Shown: positions 1 to 11,143 of the stretch, one piece after another | Numbering within the stretch: the stretch's first letter is position 1 | Layout of the letters: each line of letters opens with the position of its first letter | NCBI GenBank assembly: GCA_013329055.1 | Contig: DUKY01000007.1 | Location: 51,146-115,145 of the forward strand | Direction of reading: 5' to 3' | DNA length: 64,000 nucleotides | Origin: Nanobdellota archaeon | Lineage (GTDB): Archaea > Nanobdellota > Nanobdellia > Pacearchaeales > GW2011-AR1 | The notes under the pieces: model-generated | What the model saw: only the letters and a program-made list of their open reading frames with translations | Databases searched by the model: none | Told to the model about the DNA's origin: nothing | Program-made: the position numbers and the translations under genes

Positions 1-1
1 T

Positions 2-286
2 CAAAATGCAAAAATTGTTGAAGAAGATGGATTATCTTATCTTTTAAAACAAGATGATGAATCTAGCCTTGTTACAAGTTATGGAATAATTTGCCCAGAG
101 ATTTCTAGGATGAATAACAATGATTATTTTAAATTTTTAATAAAAGAAATTTATAGAGTCACACCAAAGAATGGGATAACTATGCATGTACACGGATTTG
201 AAAAAGAAAAAGCAATTAATTTATTTGGATCTTCTGGATTTAAACCCTTGGGAGATTGGATCCTCCAATTTGTCTGGAAAAAATAA
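2..286 (+). CDS. C-terminal fragment of a protein running off the window start, possibly a SAM-dependent methyltransferase C-terminus
   Basis: Frame open from nt 2 to the stop at 284-286 (…RVTPKNGITMHVHGFEKEK…). There is no start codon in the window. Function is a weak guess. Confidence 0.3.
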   Translation, partial: QNAKIVEEDGLSYLLKQDDESSLVTSYGIICPEISRMNNNDYFKFLIKEIYRVTPKNGITMHVHGFEKEKAINLFGSSGFKPLGDWILQFVWKK

Positions 287-332
287 TTCTTTTCGAACAA
301 ACATTTTTAATGTATTTTTTCTTTAGTTTTTA

Positions 333-1613
333 ATGGAAAATACGCCAATGTTTGGAGATTATGTTAGGATAAACCTAATAAAACAAACTTATGAGGGATT
401 TTTACTTGAAAGTTCTAATGAGGATAAAGGCATAGTTCTAATTAAGTTAAATTCCGGTTATAACATTGGTTTTTATCAAAAAGATATTCTAAACATTGAA
501 GTTATAAAAAAGGGAGAAATTCCAAAAAAAGAATCTACTGAATTGCAAAAAGATTCTAACTCTAAAAAACCTAACATTGCAATAATTATGACGGGAGGAA
601 CTATTGGTGCAAGATTAAACCCAAAAAAAGGAGGGGTTGATTATATTAATACTCCGGAAAGTTTGTTTAAAACTTATCCTGAGGCTTTTAAGGATGTCAA
701 TATCAAAGAGGTAGAAGTGCTTTTTAAAAAAGATTCATCAGACTTGGATTATAAAGATTGGAAAAAAATTGCAAAGACTGCTGAAAAATTTTTGAATAAT
801 TCAGAGATTCAAGGGGTAATTATTACGCATGGAACTGATACATTGCATTATACTTCTTCTGCATTAAGCTTTTTCCTGAAAAATGTAAATAAACCAGTTG
901 TGTTAGTTTATAGTCAGAGAAGTATTGACAGGGCGAGTAGCGATGCTAATTTGAATTTGCAATGTGCGACTACTGCTGTGATTTCAGATATTGCCGAGGT
1001 AATGATTGTTGGGCATGCTACGACTAATGATGATTATTGTTATGCTATGCCTGGTGCAAAAGTAAGGAAGATGCATTCTTCAAGAAGAGATGCGTTTAAA
1101 GTTATTAACGGCAAACCTTATGCAAAAATTATTCCCGGGCAAATTACAAGAATTTCAGGTTATCATTTAAGAAGCAAAGGAAAAGTTCAACTTGATTTAA
1201 AATTCGAAGAAAAAGTTGCATTATTAAAATTTTACCCCGGACAAGACCCAGAGATATTAGATTATTATTTTGAGAAAGGTTACAAAGGGATAGTTATTGA
1301 AATGTTTGGTTTAGGGCAGGCTGCAACTAAAGAAGCAAGACTTGGCTGGACTAAAAAACTTAAAGAAATGACAGAAAAAGGAATGATTATTTGTGCTACG
1401 ACTCAAACAATTTATGGTCGTATTGATCCTTTGGTTTATTCAGCCGGAAGAGAATTATATCATACCGGAATAATTTATCTTGAGGATATGATTTCTGAAA
1501 CAGCCTTTGTTAAACTTGGATGGGTTCTTGGTAAGACAAATGACCCAAAAGAGGTTAAAGAATTAATGTTAAAGAGTATTGCCGGAGAGTTAAATTACAG
1601 ACTTGAAGAATGA
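333..1613 (+). CDS. gatD: Asparaginase-family protein with a ~95 aa N-terminal extension, GatD-like (Glu-tRNA(Gln) amidotransferase subunit D)
   Basis: Asparaginase motifs are present (IAIIMTGGTIGA, HGTDTL). Length and N-domain fit archaeal GatD. No gatE is adjacent. Confidence 0.55.
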   Translation: MENTPMFGDYVRINLIKQTYEGFLLESSNEDKGIVLIKLNSGYNIGFYQKDILNIEVIKKGEIPKKESTELQKDSNSKKPNIAIIMTGGTIGARLNPKKGGVDYINTPESLFKTYPEAFKDVNIKEVEVLFKKDSSDLDYKDWKKIAKTAEKFLNNSEIQGVIITHGTDTLHYTSSALSFFLKNVNKPVVLVYSQRSIDRASSDANLNLQCATTAVISDIAEVMIVGHATTNDDYCYAMPGAKVRKMHSSRRDAFKVINGKPYAKIIPGQITRISGYHLRSKGKVQLDLKFEEKVALLKFYPGQDPEILDYYFEKGYKGIVIEMFGLGQAATKEARLGWTKKLKEMTEKGMIICATTQTIYGRIDPLVYSAGRELYHTGIIYLEDMISETAFVKLGWVLGKTNDPKEVKELMLKSIAGELNYRLEE

Positions 1614-4243
1614 ACAATTTTTATTCTAAAACAAAAGAGGAGATATTCAGGGAATTTAATAGTTCTGCAAATGGTTTAAATCAAAAAGAAGTTGATTTCA
1701 AACAGGAAAAATATGGAAAAAATGTTATAAAACAAATTCATAAATTAAGACCTTTGAAGATTTTTTTTGAACAATTTAATTCATTTTTAATTTACATTTT
1801 GATAATCGCAGCGGGAGTTTCATTTTTTATCGGACATTCTACAGATGGCTTTGTGATTTCAGCAATAGTTTTGCTTAATGCATTTATAGGATTTTTCCAG
1901 CAATTAAAGGCAGAAAAAGCGATTGTTAATCTTAGAAAATTAATTATTCCAATTTCAAAAGTTATTAGAAAAAATAAATTAATGGAAATTAATTCTGAGG
2001 ATTTAGTTCCGGGAGATATAATCATCCTTGAAGCAGGAGATAAAATTAACGCTGATTGCAGAATAATTGAATCAGAAAACTTGCAAACTAATGAAGCAAT
2101 ACTTACAGGTGAAAGTTTACCTGTTGATAAATGGGATATTCTTTTAAAAGATTCAACAATTATATCCAGACAAAGCAATATGCTTTTTGCAGGGACTCAA
2201 ATTGTAAGGGGCAATTCAAAAGCGATTGTTGTTGCAACAGGAATAAATACTGTTTTTGGAAATCTTGCAGAAACATTACAGGAGATAGAGATAACTAAAA
2301 CACCTATGCAAAAAAGATTGGATAATTTTTCCAAACAAATTGGGTTCATAATATTATTCGCGGTAAGTGCAATTATTTTAATGGGTTTTATGAAAGAGTT
2401 TGATACTTTAAACATGTTTATGATTGCGGTTGCTTTAGCGGTTTCAGCAATTCCGGAGGGGTTGCCTGCAGTTCTTGCAGTTTCATTTGCAATTTCTTCT
2501 TTATTAATGTCTAAACAAAATGTGATTATTAGAAGGTTGCCTGCAGTTGAAAGTCTTGGAAGTGTTACGATCATTTGTTCAGATAAAACCGGTACAATTA
2601 CCGAAGAAAAAATGGAGATTCGGGAGATTTTTGCAAATAATAATTTCTATATTAAAAACGGAAAAGAGATTTTTTTGAAAGATAAAAAAATAGATATTGA
2701 GAAAAATAAGGAACTTTACCAATTAATTAAAACAAGTCTTTTATGCAATAATGCCAGATTTGAAGAGAATAACGGGGAATATGAAGTAATTGGAGACCCT
2801 ACTGAGGGGGCATTAGTTTTAGCAGGTTTAGATTTGGGATTAAATAAAAAATTATTAATTGACAAAGAGCCAAGTATTCAAAGATTTGAATTTGATTCAA
2901 AGAAAAAGATGATGTCAATTCTTAGGGATAATGGGAGAAATAAAGTTCTTTATTCTAAAGGTGCACCGGAAAAGATTTTACAGATTTCAAGTTTTGAACT
3001 TGTTAATGGACAGATAAAAGAATTGACATTGAAGAGAAGAAAAGAATTATTAAATTCTTCAAGAAAATTGGAAAAAGATGCTTTGAGAGTGTTGGCATTT
3101 GGTTACAAAAATATTCCTGTTAAGAGCAAGGCTAAAGAAGGAAATTTGATCTTTTTAGGATTTGCCGGGATGATTGATCCTCCAAGAAAAGAGGTAAAAA
3201 ATGCGATACAAGAATGCAAGAATGCTGGGATTAAAGTTAAAATGATTACTGGGGACTCAGCATTAACTGCCAAAGCTATTGCAAAAGAAATTGGCATTGA
3301 GGGGGAGATTATTTCAGGAGAGGAGTTAGAGGAGATGAACGATATGACACTTACAAATAGAATTGATAATATTTCTATTTTTGCGAGGATTACTCCTTCT
3401 CAAAAATTAAGGATTACAAAGATTTTGCAACAAAAAGGGGAAGTGGTTGCAATGACTGGCGATGGGGTTAATGATGTTTTGGCGTTGAAATCTGCAGATG
3501 TCGGAATTGCAATGGGAAAAAGGGGTACAGATATTGCACGTGATGCTTCAGATATTGTTTTAGTTAATGATAATTTTGCTTCAATTGTTGAGGGGGTTAA
3601 ACAAGGGAGAAAAACATATGATAACATTAAAAAATTTACGAAATATTTTTTGGCAGTTAATTTTAGTGAAATTTTCTTAATTTTATTTGCGTTAATTATG
3701 GGATTATTTTATGGTCCTGAAAAATGGTTCTTGCCTCTTTTGCCTTTACAAATTTTATGGATTAATTTAATTACAGATTCTTTACCTGCTTTGGCTTTAG
3801 TTTTTGAAAAAGAAGAGAATGTTATGAATACTCCTCCAAGAAAAGAAAAAAGTTTATTAGACGGTATCTGGAAATTTGTGATTCTTGCGGGAATTTTAAC
3901 TTTTGCAATAAAATTAGCAATTTATTTGATTGAAGTCAGCAATACTTTATCAATTGACAGGACAAGAACACTTATTTTAACTACTGCAATTTTCTTTGAA
4001 TTATTTTTTGTTTATTCCTGCAGAACAGAAAGTTCATTATTGAAGAATGGAATTTTTTCAAATAAATGGTTAAATTATGCTGTACTTATATCAATAATAT
4101 TACACCTTATTTTATTGTATAGTCCGTTAGGAATTATATTCGGGGTTATTCCTTTGACTATAAAAGATTGGTTATTTATTTTACCATTTGTAGTTTCCGG
4201 TTTAGTTATTTTTGAAATTGGAAAATTGATTAAGAAGAAATAG
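1610..4243 (+). CDS. P-type cation-transporting ATPase (P2-type, Ca2+/Mg2+-like)
   Basis: It has the phosphorylation motif CSDKTGTIT and the hinge motif MTGDGVNDVLALKSADVGIAMG, with about 10 TM segments. The start overlaps the upstream stop by 4 nt. Confidence 0.85.
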   Translation: MNNFYSKTKEEIFREFNSSANGLNQKEVDFKQEKYGKNVIKQIHKLRPLKIFFEQFNSFLIYILIIAAGVSFFIGHSTDGFVISAIVLLNAFIGFFQQLKAEKAIVNLRKLIIPISKVIRKNKLMEINSEDLVPGDIIILEAGDKINADCRIIESENLQTNEAILTGESLPVDKWDILLKDSTIISRQSNMLFAGTQIVRGNSKAIVVATGINTVFGNLAETLQEIEITKTPMQKRLDNFSKQIGFIILFAVSAIILMGFMKEFDTLNMFMIAVALAVSAIPEGLPAVLAVSFAISSLLMSKQNVIIRRLPAVESLGSVTIICSDKTGTITEEKMEIREIFANNNFYIKNGKEIFLKDKKIDIEKNKELYQLIKTSLLCNNARFEENNGEYEVIGDPTEGALVLAGLDLGLNKKLLIDKEPSIQRFEFDSKKKMMSILRDNGRNKVLYSKGAPEKILQISSFELVNGQIKELTLKRRKELLNSSRKLEKDALRVLAFGYKNIPVKSKAKEGNLIFLGFAGMIDPPRKEVKNAIQECKNAGIKVKMITGDSALTAKAIAKEIGIEGEIISGEELEEMNDMTLTNRIDNISIFARITPSQKLRITKILQQKGEVVAMTGDGVNDVLALKSADVGIAMGKRGTDIARDASDIVLVNDNFASIVEGVKQGRKTYDNIKKFTKYFLAVNFSEIFLILFALIMGLFYGPEKWFLPLLPLQILWINLITDSLPALALVFEKEENVMNTPPRKEKSLLDGIWKFVILAGILTFAIKLAIYLIEVSNTLSIDRTRTLILTTAIFFELFFVYSCRTESSLLKNGIFSNKWLNYAVLISIILHLILLYSPLGIIFGVIPLTIKDWLFILPFVVSGLVIFEIGKLIKKK

Positions 4244-4337
4244 GAGAAAGATCCTTAAATATTGTTAACAATATTATACTCGAAAAGAATTTAAAACCTC
4301 ATTTTTTATAATTCTTAAGAGGTTTCTAAAATTTTAT

Positions 4338-7136
4338 TTGAAAATGAACGATAAAATAAAAATAAAAGGTGCCCGACAGCACAATTTGAAGAATATAAGT
4401 ATTGAATTACCTAGAGATAAATTAATAGTTATTACCGGTTTATCGGGGAGTGGAAAATCCACTCTTGCATTTGACACATTATATGCTGAGGGTCAAAGAC
4501 GATATGTTGAAAGTTTAAGTTCTTATGCTCGGCAATTTTTAGGTTTAATGAGCAAGCCGGATGTTGATTCTATAGAGGGGTTAAGTCCTGCAATTTCTAT
4601 TGAGCAAAAAACTACAAGCAAGAATCCTCGTTCTACTGTCGGAACAGTTACTGAAATTTATGATTATTTAAGGCTACTTTATGCTCGAATTGGAATTCCT
4701 CATTGTCCTATACATAATATTAAAATTGAAGCTCAATCTCCTGAAAAGATTTCTCAAAAAATTGCTGAAGATTTTACAGGACAAATTACTATTTTATCTC
4801 CTATTATTAGACAGCAAAAAGGAACTTACGAACAATTATTTTTAGATTTAAACAAAGAAGGTTATGCAAGAGCAAGAGTAAACGGACATATATTAAGAAC
4901 TGATGAAACAATCAAGCTTGAAAGATACAAAAAACATGATATTGAGGTAATAATTGATCGGTTAGATGTGAAGGATAAATCAAGGCTTGCTGAAGCAGTT
5001 GAAAATGCATTAATTAAATCTAAGGGATTACTAATAGTTGAAAATAATGGAAAGGATAAATTCTATTCAGGAAATATGACTTGCCCTAAGTGTGATATTT
5101 CATTTGAAGAATTGCAACCTAGAATGTTTTCATTTAATTCACCTTTTGGGGCTTGTGAAGGATGCCATGGATTAGGAATTAAAATGATTTTTGATGAAGA
5201 TTTAATTATTCCCGATAAAGAATTAAGTATCATTGACGGGGCAATAAAAATTTATGGAAAAATTGATATGTCTTGGCGTGGACAACAATTGCAGGCAGTT
5301 GGAAAAAAATTTGGTTTTGATATTTATACACCAATAAAAAAATTTAATGAAAAACAAATTCAAACATTATTTTATGGTTCAACTGAAGCAATTAAAGGCA
5401 AATGGGATACAGGGGCAAATATGAATTTTGAAAATGGATGGGAGGGTTTGATTCCTCAATCAGAAAGATTGTATAAATCAACAGATTCAGATTATCGAAG
5501 AAAATTTTTAGAAAAGTTTATGAGAGTGAATAAATGTTCAGTTTGTGACGGAAAAAGATTAAAGCAAAAAATATTAGCGGTTAAGATTAATAATAAATCA
5601 ATAATTGATGTTACAGACTTATCAATACAAGAAGTGATTGTATTTTTTAATAATTTAGAATTAACTAAACAAGAAGAAAAAATTTCAAGGCAGATTTTAA
5701 AAGAAATACGTGAGAGATTAGGATTTTTAGAGAGAGTTGGTTTAGGTTATTTGACATTGTCAAGAAATGCCGGGACATTATCAGGAGGAGAAGGGCAAAG
5801 AATCAGGCTTGCAACACAGATTGGATCAAATTTAACAGGAGTTTTATATATTTTAGATGAACCTTCAATCGGACTTCATCAAAGGGATAATCATAAATTA
5901 ATTGAAACATTACAAAAATTAAGAGACATTGGAAATACTTTGATTGTTGTTGAACATGATGAAGATACGATTATGAATGCTGATTATGTTGTGGATATTG
6001 GTCCTGGTGCAGGAATTCATGGAGGAGAAATTGTTGCAAAAGGTACTCCTCAAGAAATTATTAAAAATAAAAATTCTTTAACAGGACAATATTTATCAGG
6101 AGTTCAATTTATCGAAGTTCCTAAAATTCGACGAGAAAAGGGTGAACCAATTAAAATTGTTGGATGCACAGAAAATAACTTAAAAAATATTGATGTTGAA
6201 ATTCCTACAAGAATTTTAACTTGTGTTACGGGAGTATCTGGTTCAGGAAAATCTACATTAATTAATGAAATTTTATATAAAGGAATGATGAAAAAAATTC
6301 ATCAATCAAATATTAAAGCAGGAGAGCATAAAGGGATTTATACAGAAGCTTATATTGATAAAGTAATTGTTATTGACCAATCCCCAATTGGCAAGACTCC
6401 TAGGAGTAACCCTGCAACTTATATTGGAGTTTTTGATGAAATCCGAAAAGTTTTCGCGAGTACTAAAGAAGCTAAAATGAAGGGATATAAATTAGGAAGA
6501 TTTAGTTTTAATGTTCCTGGTGGAAGATGCGAAAAGTGCAGTGGAGATGGGACAATTAAAATTGAGATGAATTTTTTACCTGATGTTTACATTGAATGTG
6601 AAGAATGCAAAGGCAAAAGATATAATTCTGAAACATTGGAAATAAAATATAAAGATAAATCTATTGCAGAAGTTTTGGATATGAGTGTTGAGGAAGCTTT
6701 GGATTTTTTCAAATTTATTCCATCTATTAAAAATAAATTAGAAACATTAAATCAGGTGGGTTTAGGTTATATTAAATTAGGGCAAAGTTCAACAACTTTA
6801 TCAGGGGGTGAAAGCCAGAGAATAAAATTGACAAAAGAATTATCTAAACGTGGAACAGGACAGACATTATATTTACTTGATGAACCTACAACAGGGTTAC
6901 ATTTTCATGATACAAGAAAATTAATTGGGGTACTAAATAACTTAGTAGATAAAGGGAATACGATTATAGTAATTGAGCATAATTTAGATGTTATTAAATG
7001 TGCAGATCACATAATTGATTTAGGTCCTGAAGGAGGAGACGGGGGAGGATACATTGTCGCAACTGGAACTCCAGAAGAAATTGTTAAGGATAAAATAAGT
7101 TATACGGGCAAATATTTAAAGCCTTTACTTAAATGA
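4338..7136 (+). CDS. uvrA: Excinuclease ABC subunit A
   Basis: Two ABC ATPase modules ([18 protein letters not shown]), Zn-finger Cys pairs and LSGGE signature motifs are present. Confidence 0.95.
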   Translation: MKMNDKIKIKGARQHNLKNISIELPRDKLIVITGLSGSGKSTLAFDTLYAEGQRRYVESLSSYARQFLGLMSKPDVDSIEGLSPAISIEQKTTSKNPRSTVGTVTEIYDYLRLLYARIGIPHCPIHNIKIEAQSPEKISQKIAEDFTGQITILSPIIRQQKGTYEQLFLDLNKEGYARARVNGHILRTDETIKLERYKKHDIEVIIDRLDVKDKSRLAEAVENALIKSKGLLIVENNGKDKFYSGNMTCPKCDISFEELQPRMFSFNSPFGACEGCHGLGIKMIFDEDLIIPDKELSIIDGAIKIYGKIDMSWRGQQLQAVGKKFGFDIYTPIKKFNEKQIQTLFYGSTEAIKGKWDTGANMNFENGWEGLIPQSERLYKSTDSDYRRKFLEKFMRVNKCSVCDGKRLKQKILAVKINNKSIIDVTDLSIQEVIVFFNNLELTKQEEKISRQILKEIRERLGFLERVGLGYLTLSRNAGTLSGGEGQRIRLATQIGSNLTGVLYILDEPSIGLHQRDNHKLIETLQKLRDIGNTLIVVEHDEDTIMNADYVVDIGPGAGIHGGEIVAKGTPQEIIKNKNSLTGQYLSGVQFIEVPKIRREKGEPIKIVGCTENNLKNIDVEIPTRILTCVTGVSGSGKSTLINEILYKGMMKKIHQSNIKAGEHKGIYTEAYIDKVIVIDQSPIGKTPRSNPATYIGVFDEIRKVFASTKEAKMKGYKLGRFSFNVPGGRCEKCSGDGTIKIEMNFLPDVYIECEECKGKRYNSETLEIKYKDKSIAEVLDMSVEEALDFFKFIPSIKNKLETLNQVGLGYIKLGQSSTTLSGGESQRIKLTKELSKRGTGQTLYLLDEPTTGLHFHDTRKLIGVLNNLVDKGNTIIVIEHNLDVIKCADHIIDLGPEGGDGGGYIVATGTPEEIVKDKISYTGKYLKPLLK
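7090..7134. repeat. 45-bp direct repeat, copy 1 (covers the last 14 codons of uvrA)
   Basis: Perfect match to 8594-8638: ataaaataagttatacgggcaaatatttaaagcctttacttaaat. Confidence 0.9.
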
Positions 7137-7506
7137 TATCTATTCTAAATATTTTAATATAATATTAATTTTAAATCCTTTAATTCGTTGCTTCTCTTAT
7201 TTAATCTTTTATAAATATCTCTAAAATTGTTTTTGGGCTTTTTCTACAACTGACTTTCTAATTTAATCATACAAATAATAGTTAGTTGTCAGGAGATAAG
7301 TCTCTGAATTAGTTTTATTTGATTCTCTCCGATTTTTCATTCATATTGGGTAGTATCTGAAGCACACACACAGTACTAAAGAATACCTCAGACAAGAGAA
7401 ATGATGTCAATATTTTTTAATTGTCATAACTCATCAGTATCTTCGAGAACTTGGAGATACTGCTAATAAGAATAAGTTTTTAAATATTTAATCATTCTCT
7501 TCGATA

Positions 7507-8562
7507 ATGGAAGAAGAAAATACCACAAAAATAAATGTTTTAAGCATAATTTTCAAAATCACTTATTTTATTGCTTTAATAGGACTTTTATATTTTTATT
7601 TCTTTGATATAGGAAGAAATATTTCAATGATTAATGGAGATTTAATTAATTTTAAAGAATTTATTATTATGTTACCATTATTAATTATCCCATTATTAAT
7701 TCCAGTTAAAGAACTAAAATATAAATTATTATCTTTTATAGGATTGGCAATTATATTAACAACAATCGGAATAATTTGGATTCATTATGGGGAATGGGGT
7801 GATTTGATTTTTTATATATATGCTCTTGTAATTTTAATAATAATAATAATAAGCCATTATTTATTAAGATATGTTGATACAAAAGCAAATAAATTGGTGA
7901 AAATTATGGGAGTTATTATATTACTAATAATATTAATCTCTTATACAGCCTATTTTATATCTTCAAAAGCATACTTTCAAGATTATTTAAAGATAAGTGA
8001 ATCAAATGACAGATTAATTAATGAGATAAAATGTAAAGGTGCTTATACAACAACAGACTCTTTAGAATTAAAAAATCTTTGTGACCAAATAGAATATGTT
8101 CCACATGAAACTACTCACATTCATATGGTGCATTCAAATGAAGCATGGAGAGAATTCAAAGCATATTGTGAAGAAGTTGTTAAAAAGGTTCAAATAGATA
8201 AATATTATTTTGATGAATATGGTAATGCAGGGTATTTTTTTATAAGAAATCCCTCTTTATTTGATACTAATTGTAACCCTGAACAACCAAGACCCGAAAT
8301 ATTAGACCCTTATTTGTGTGATGTACTAGCAAAATCAAACTCAAAAATATTACAAGAATATTTTGATAATCCAAAGAGAACAGGTCCTGATTGTTATGAA
8401 AGAGTTGTTGCTGAAACGGGGCAAATAGAACTTTGTGAGAAATCATCAAGTCCTCAGTCATGTTATTTATATGTAGCTAAAGTAAGAGATGATAAAAGAA
8501 TATGTGATGAATTAATAAGATATCCGCTTGTAAGAGAAACTTGTTTAGATAATTTTAATTAA
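7507..8562 (+). CDS. Membrane protein with ~5 N-terminal TM helices and a C-terminal Cys-rich extracytoplasmic domain, function unknown
   Basis: Hydrophobic N-terminal half, then about 190 aa containing 10 or more Cys. It lies inside the segment flanked by the 45-bp direct repeats. Confidence 0.55.
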   Translation: MEEENTTKINVLSIIFKITYFIALIGLLYFYFFDIGRNISMINGDLINFKEFIIMLPLLIIPLLIPVKELKYKLLSFIGLAIILTTIGIIWIHYGEWGDLIFYIYALVILIIIIISHYLLRYVDTKANKLVKIMGVIILLIILISYTAYFISSKAYFQDYLKISESNDRLINEIKCKGAYTTTDSLELKNLCDQIEYVPHETTHIHMVHSNEAWREFKAYCEEVVKKVQIDKYYFDEYGNAGYFFIRNPSLFDTNCNPEQPRPEILDPYLCDVLAKSNSKILQEYFDNPKRTGPDCYERVVAETGQIELCEKSSSPQSCYLYVAKVRDDKRICDELIRYPLVRETCLDNFN

Positions 8563-8593
8563 TTCTAATGAATTTTGTAAAATGATAAAAAAA

Positions 8594-8638
8594 ATAAAAT
8601 AAGTTATACGGGCAAATATTTAAAGCCTTTACTTAAAT
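8594..8638. repeat. 45-bp direct repeat, copy 2 (retains a uvrA 3'-end coding fragment)
   Basis: Identical to 7090-7134. It overlaps the stop of the minus-strand gene 8633..9409. Confidence 0.9.
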
Positions 8639-9409
8639 AGAATTTATTTTTACACTAATAGGATTTTTAAAAACTTCTTCAAAATAAGTTTCAATATCTC
8701 CCATATATTCATCAAACCACTTTTCTTTTTTACCAAAATTTTCTTTTATTGAATGCAAATTTTGATAATTATCAGGAAATAAATCTGCCCCCCATCTCCA
8801 ATCAGTTTTGTATTCCCAGTTATTATGTTCAACAACAAAAATATTATTTCTGGGACGTTTAATATTTTTATCCCACCCCCACAATTGATTAGAGGTTGGA
8901 TCAGCAATGATAAAACCTTTTTTATCGTGCAATAAAAAAGGAAATGCAGTATAGCAATGATCATCATAAGAATCTAATAATACTGATGCATTTGCATATC
9001 CAATAGACATTCCTGCAAACATGACATTTTGTGCTGAAGGACAACATTCTGCATGGGGAAATGAAGAATTACTTTTTTTTCCAAGTATATAATGATGAAA
9101 CATTAAGTCATAGATAAAATCAATATGCCCCATAAGTTCTTTTTGATTATCAATTTTCATTGAACAAAATTCAGGAACATCCTTATGAATCTCTAAAAGA
9201 TATTTCATTTTTGACCCCCAAGTTTTGTCATCATATGCAATTAATCTATTTTTTGTAGGATCAATATTTTGAATATCAGATTGATATCTTAATGAATTTA
9301 GTTCAATTCCATATTTTTCATTTAAATCTTTTTCATAAGCATATGTGAAAATTGAAAAAGGGTTTATCGATTGACAATCTATATTTGATGCATCATTTAA
9401 ATTTTTCAT
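8633..9409 (-). CDS. Hypothetical protein with a Cys/His/Asp triad spaced as in arylamine N-acetyltransferase/transglutaminase-like folds (paralog 1)
   Basis: Candidate triad residues sit in ECCPSAQN, HCYTAFPF and IIADPTSNQLW. It is about 45% identical by eye to the adjacent ORF 9435..10196. Confidence 0.5.
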   Translation of the reverse strand: MKNLNDASNIDCQSINPFSIFTYAYEKDLNEKYGIELNSLRYQSDIQNIDPTKNRLIAYDDKTWGSKMKYLLEIHKDVPEFCSMKIDNQKELMGHIDFIYDLMFHHYILGKKSNSSFPHAECCPSAQNVMFAGMSIGYANASVLLDSYDDHCYTAFPFLLHDKKGFIIADPTSNQLWGWDKNIKRPRNNIFVVEHNNWEYKTDWRWGADLFPDNYQNLHSIKENFGKKEKWFDEYMGDIETYFEEVFKNPISVKINSI

Positions 9410-9434
9410 AATTCTTTATTTAAGGAATAGATTT

Positions 9435-10196
9435 TTATTCTTTTTGGTTATGCCTAATTTTTATCGAATGCTTAAAAACTTCTTCGAAATAAGTTTCAAT
9501 ATCATAAAAATAAATTCTTAAAGCATCTTTATTCCTTTTAAAAGAATCTAAATTTAGATAGCAATTTGGATAAAGATTATCATCTCCAAATTCATTACCT
9601 TTTTCATAATCCGTTTGATATTCCCAGTTATTATGTTTTACCACAAAAATATGATTTCGTGGAGGAATTATTTCCAGGCATTTCCAAAGTTGATTAGATG
9701 TTGGATCAGCAATAATAAAACCCTTGTCATTTTTTAATACAAAAGGAAATGCTGTATAACAATGATTATCTGTTTGATCGCATAAAACAGAAGCATTTGG
9801 ATAACCAGAAAGCATACTCGCAATCATAATATTATGTGCTGAAGGAGCACATTCATTAGTTGGAAAAACGTTGCTTCGTTTTTTTCCTAAAATATAATGA
9901 TGAAACATTAAATCATAGATAAAATCTATATGTTTCATTAATTCTTCTTCTTTATCTAATTTCATAGAACAAAAACCCTCGATATTTGGATACAGTTCTA
10001 AAATCGTTTTAATTTTACGTCTATTTTTTATATAACCATATTGCAAATTTCCTTCTTTAAAAATATCGATATGGTTTACATTAGAATTGTTATTAACTTT
10101 CTTTAATTCAATTCCATATTTTTCATTTAAACTTTTTTCATAAGCATTAGTCCAGATAGAAAAAGGTTGAATTTCTGCAAAATTTTCAAGTTTCAT
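9435..10196 (-). CDS. Paralog 2 of the NAT/transglutaminase-like Cys-His-Asp protein
   Basis: Blocks shared with 8633..9409: NECAPSAHN, HCYTAFPF, GFIIADPTSNQLW, IDFIYDLMFHHYILGKK. Confidence 0.5.
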   Translation of the reverse strand: MKLENFAEIQPFSIWTNAYEKSLNEKYGIELKKVNNNSNVNHIDIFKEGNLQYGYIKNRRKIKTILELYPNIEGFCSMKLDKEEELMKHIDFIYDLMFHHYILGKKRSNVFPTNECAPSAHNIMIASMLSGYPNASVLCDQTDNHCYTAFPFVLKNDKGFIIADPTSNQLWKCLEIIPPRNHIFVVKHNNWEYQTDYEKGNEFGDDNLYPNCYLNLDSFKRNKDALRIYFYDIETYFEEVFKHSIKIRHNQKE

Positions 10197-10356
10197 TCAA
10201 TCATAATTAGGGGTTATTTTATAAAATTATTTAAAAAATAGATTAATTCTGCGATTATAATCAGTGCTAAGATTTTTAAAGAGCTATCTTGTCGTCTTTT
10301 ATAAGTAACTAACATGAAATAATTAATCTTATTAATCTCAAAAACATGGGATATTT

Positions 10357-11139
10357 ATGACATTTATTGATATACATGCACATCTTGAATTTTTTGATGA
10401 CTTAAATATTCGGATTAAGAAAGCAAAAAAGAGGAATGTTAAGATAATTTTAGCGAATGGAATTGATGTTGAAACAAATAGAAAAGTTCTTGCATTTGCA
10501 AAAGAATATCCGGAAGTTCAAGCTTGTTTGGGGATTTATCCTGTAAATGCATTAAAGCTTATAAAAAAAGAAATAAATTCAGAAATAAAATTTATTAAAG
10601 AAAATAAAGATAAAATCATTGCTATTGGGGAAGTTGGCTTGGATTTAAAAGAAGCAGGGGTTGAAACTCTTGTAACACAAAAAGAGATTTTGAAAAAATT
10701 TGTAAAATTAGCTAAAGAATTGGATAAACCAATTTTTATTCACTCAAGAAAAGCTGAAAAAGAAACAGTTGAGTTACTGGAAACTTTAGATTATAACAAA
10801 ATTATTATGCATTGTTTTAATGGAAAATTAAATTTGGTTGAAAAAGGAATTCACAGAGGCTGGTTTTTTTCTATTCCAGCAAGTGTAAAATTTAATGAAC
10901 AATTTCAAGAGATGATAAAAATAATCCCAATTGAACAATTATTTTGTGAAACAGATGCTCCATTTTTACATCCGGATAAAAAATTTCCAAATGAGCCTGC
11001 AAATGTTATTGAAAGTTATAATAAAATTGCAGAAATTAAAGGAATACCAATAGCAGATGTTGAAAAAAAGATTGAAGAGAATTATAGAAAATTATTTTTA
11101 GTTAAAACAACTCAACAATCCTTGGATAAATATTTATAA
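10357..11139 (+). CDS. TatD-family metal-dependent hydrolase/DNase
   Basis: N-terminal IDIHAHL and the overall TIM-barrel TatD pattern (GEVGLD, HCF). Confidence 0.85.
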   Translation: MTFIDIHAHLEFFDDLNIRIKKAKKRNVKIILANGIDVETNRKVLAFAKEYPEVQACLGIYPVNALKLIKKEINSEIKFIKENKDKIIAIGEVGLDLKEAGVETLVTQKEILKKFVKLAKELDKPIFIHSRKAEKETVELLETLDYNKIIMHCFNGKLNLVEKGIHRGWFFSIPASVKFNEQFQEMIKIIPIEQLFCETDAPFLHPDKKFPNEPANVIESYNKIAEIKGIPIADVEKKIEENYRKLFLVKTTQQSLDKYL

Positions 11140-11143
11140 AAAA

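Noticed and set aside
333-1613. Calling this a plain L-asparaginase rather than GatD
   Set aside because: It was not fully rejected. The ~95-aa N-terminal extension favours GatD, but the absence of gatE nearby keeps it uncertain.
1792-3627. Four minus-strand ORFs (1792..2178, 2197..2574, 3103..3297, 3400..3627)
   Set aside because: They are antisense within the well-supported P-type ATPase gene.
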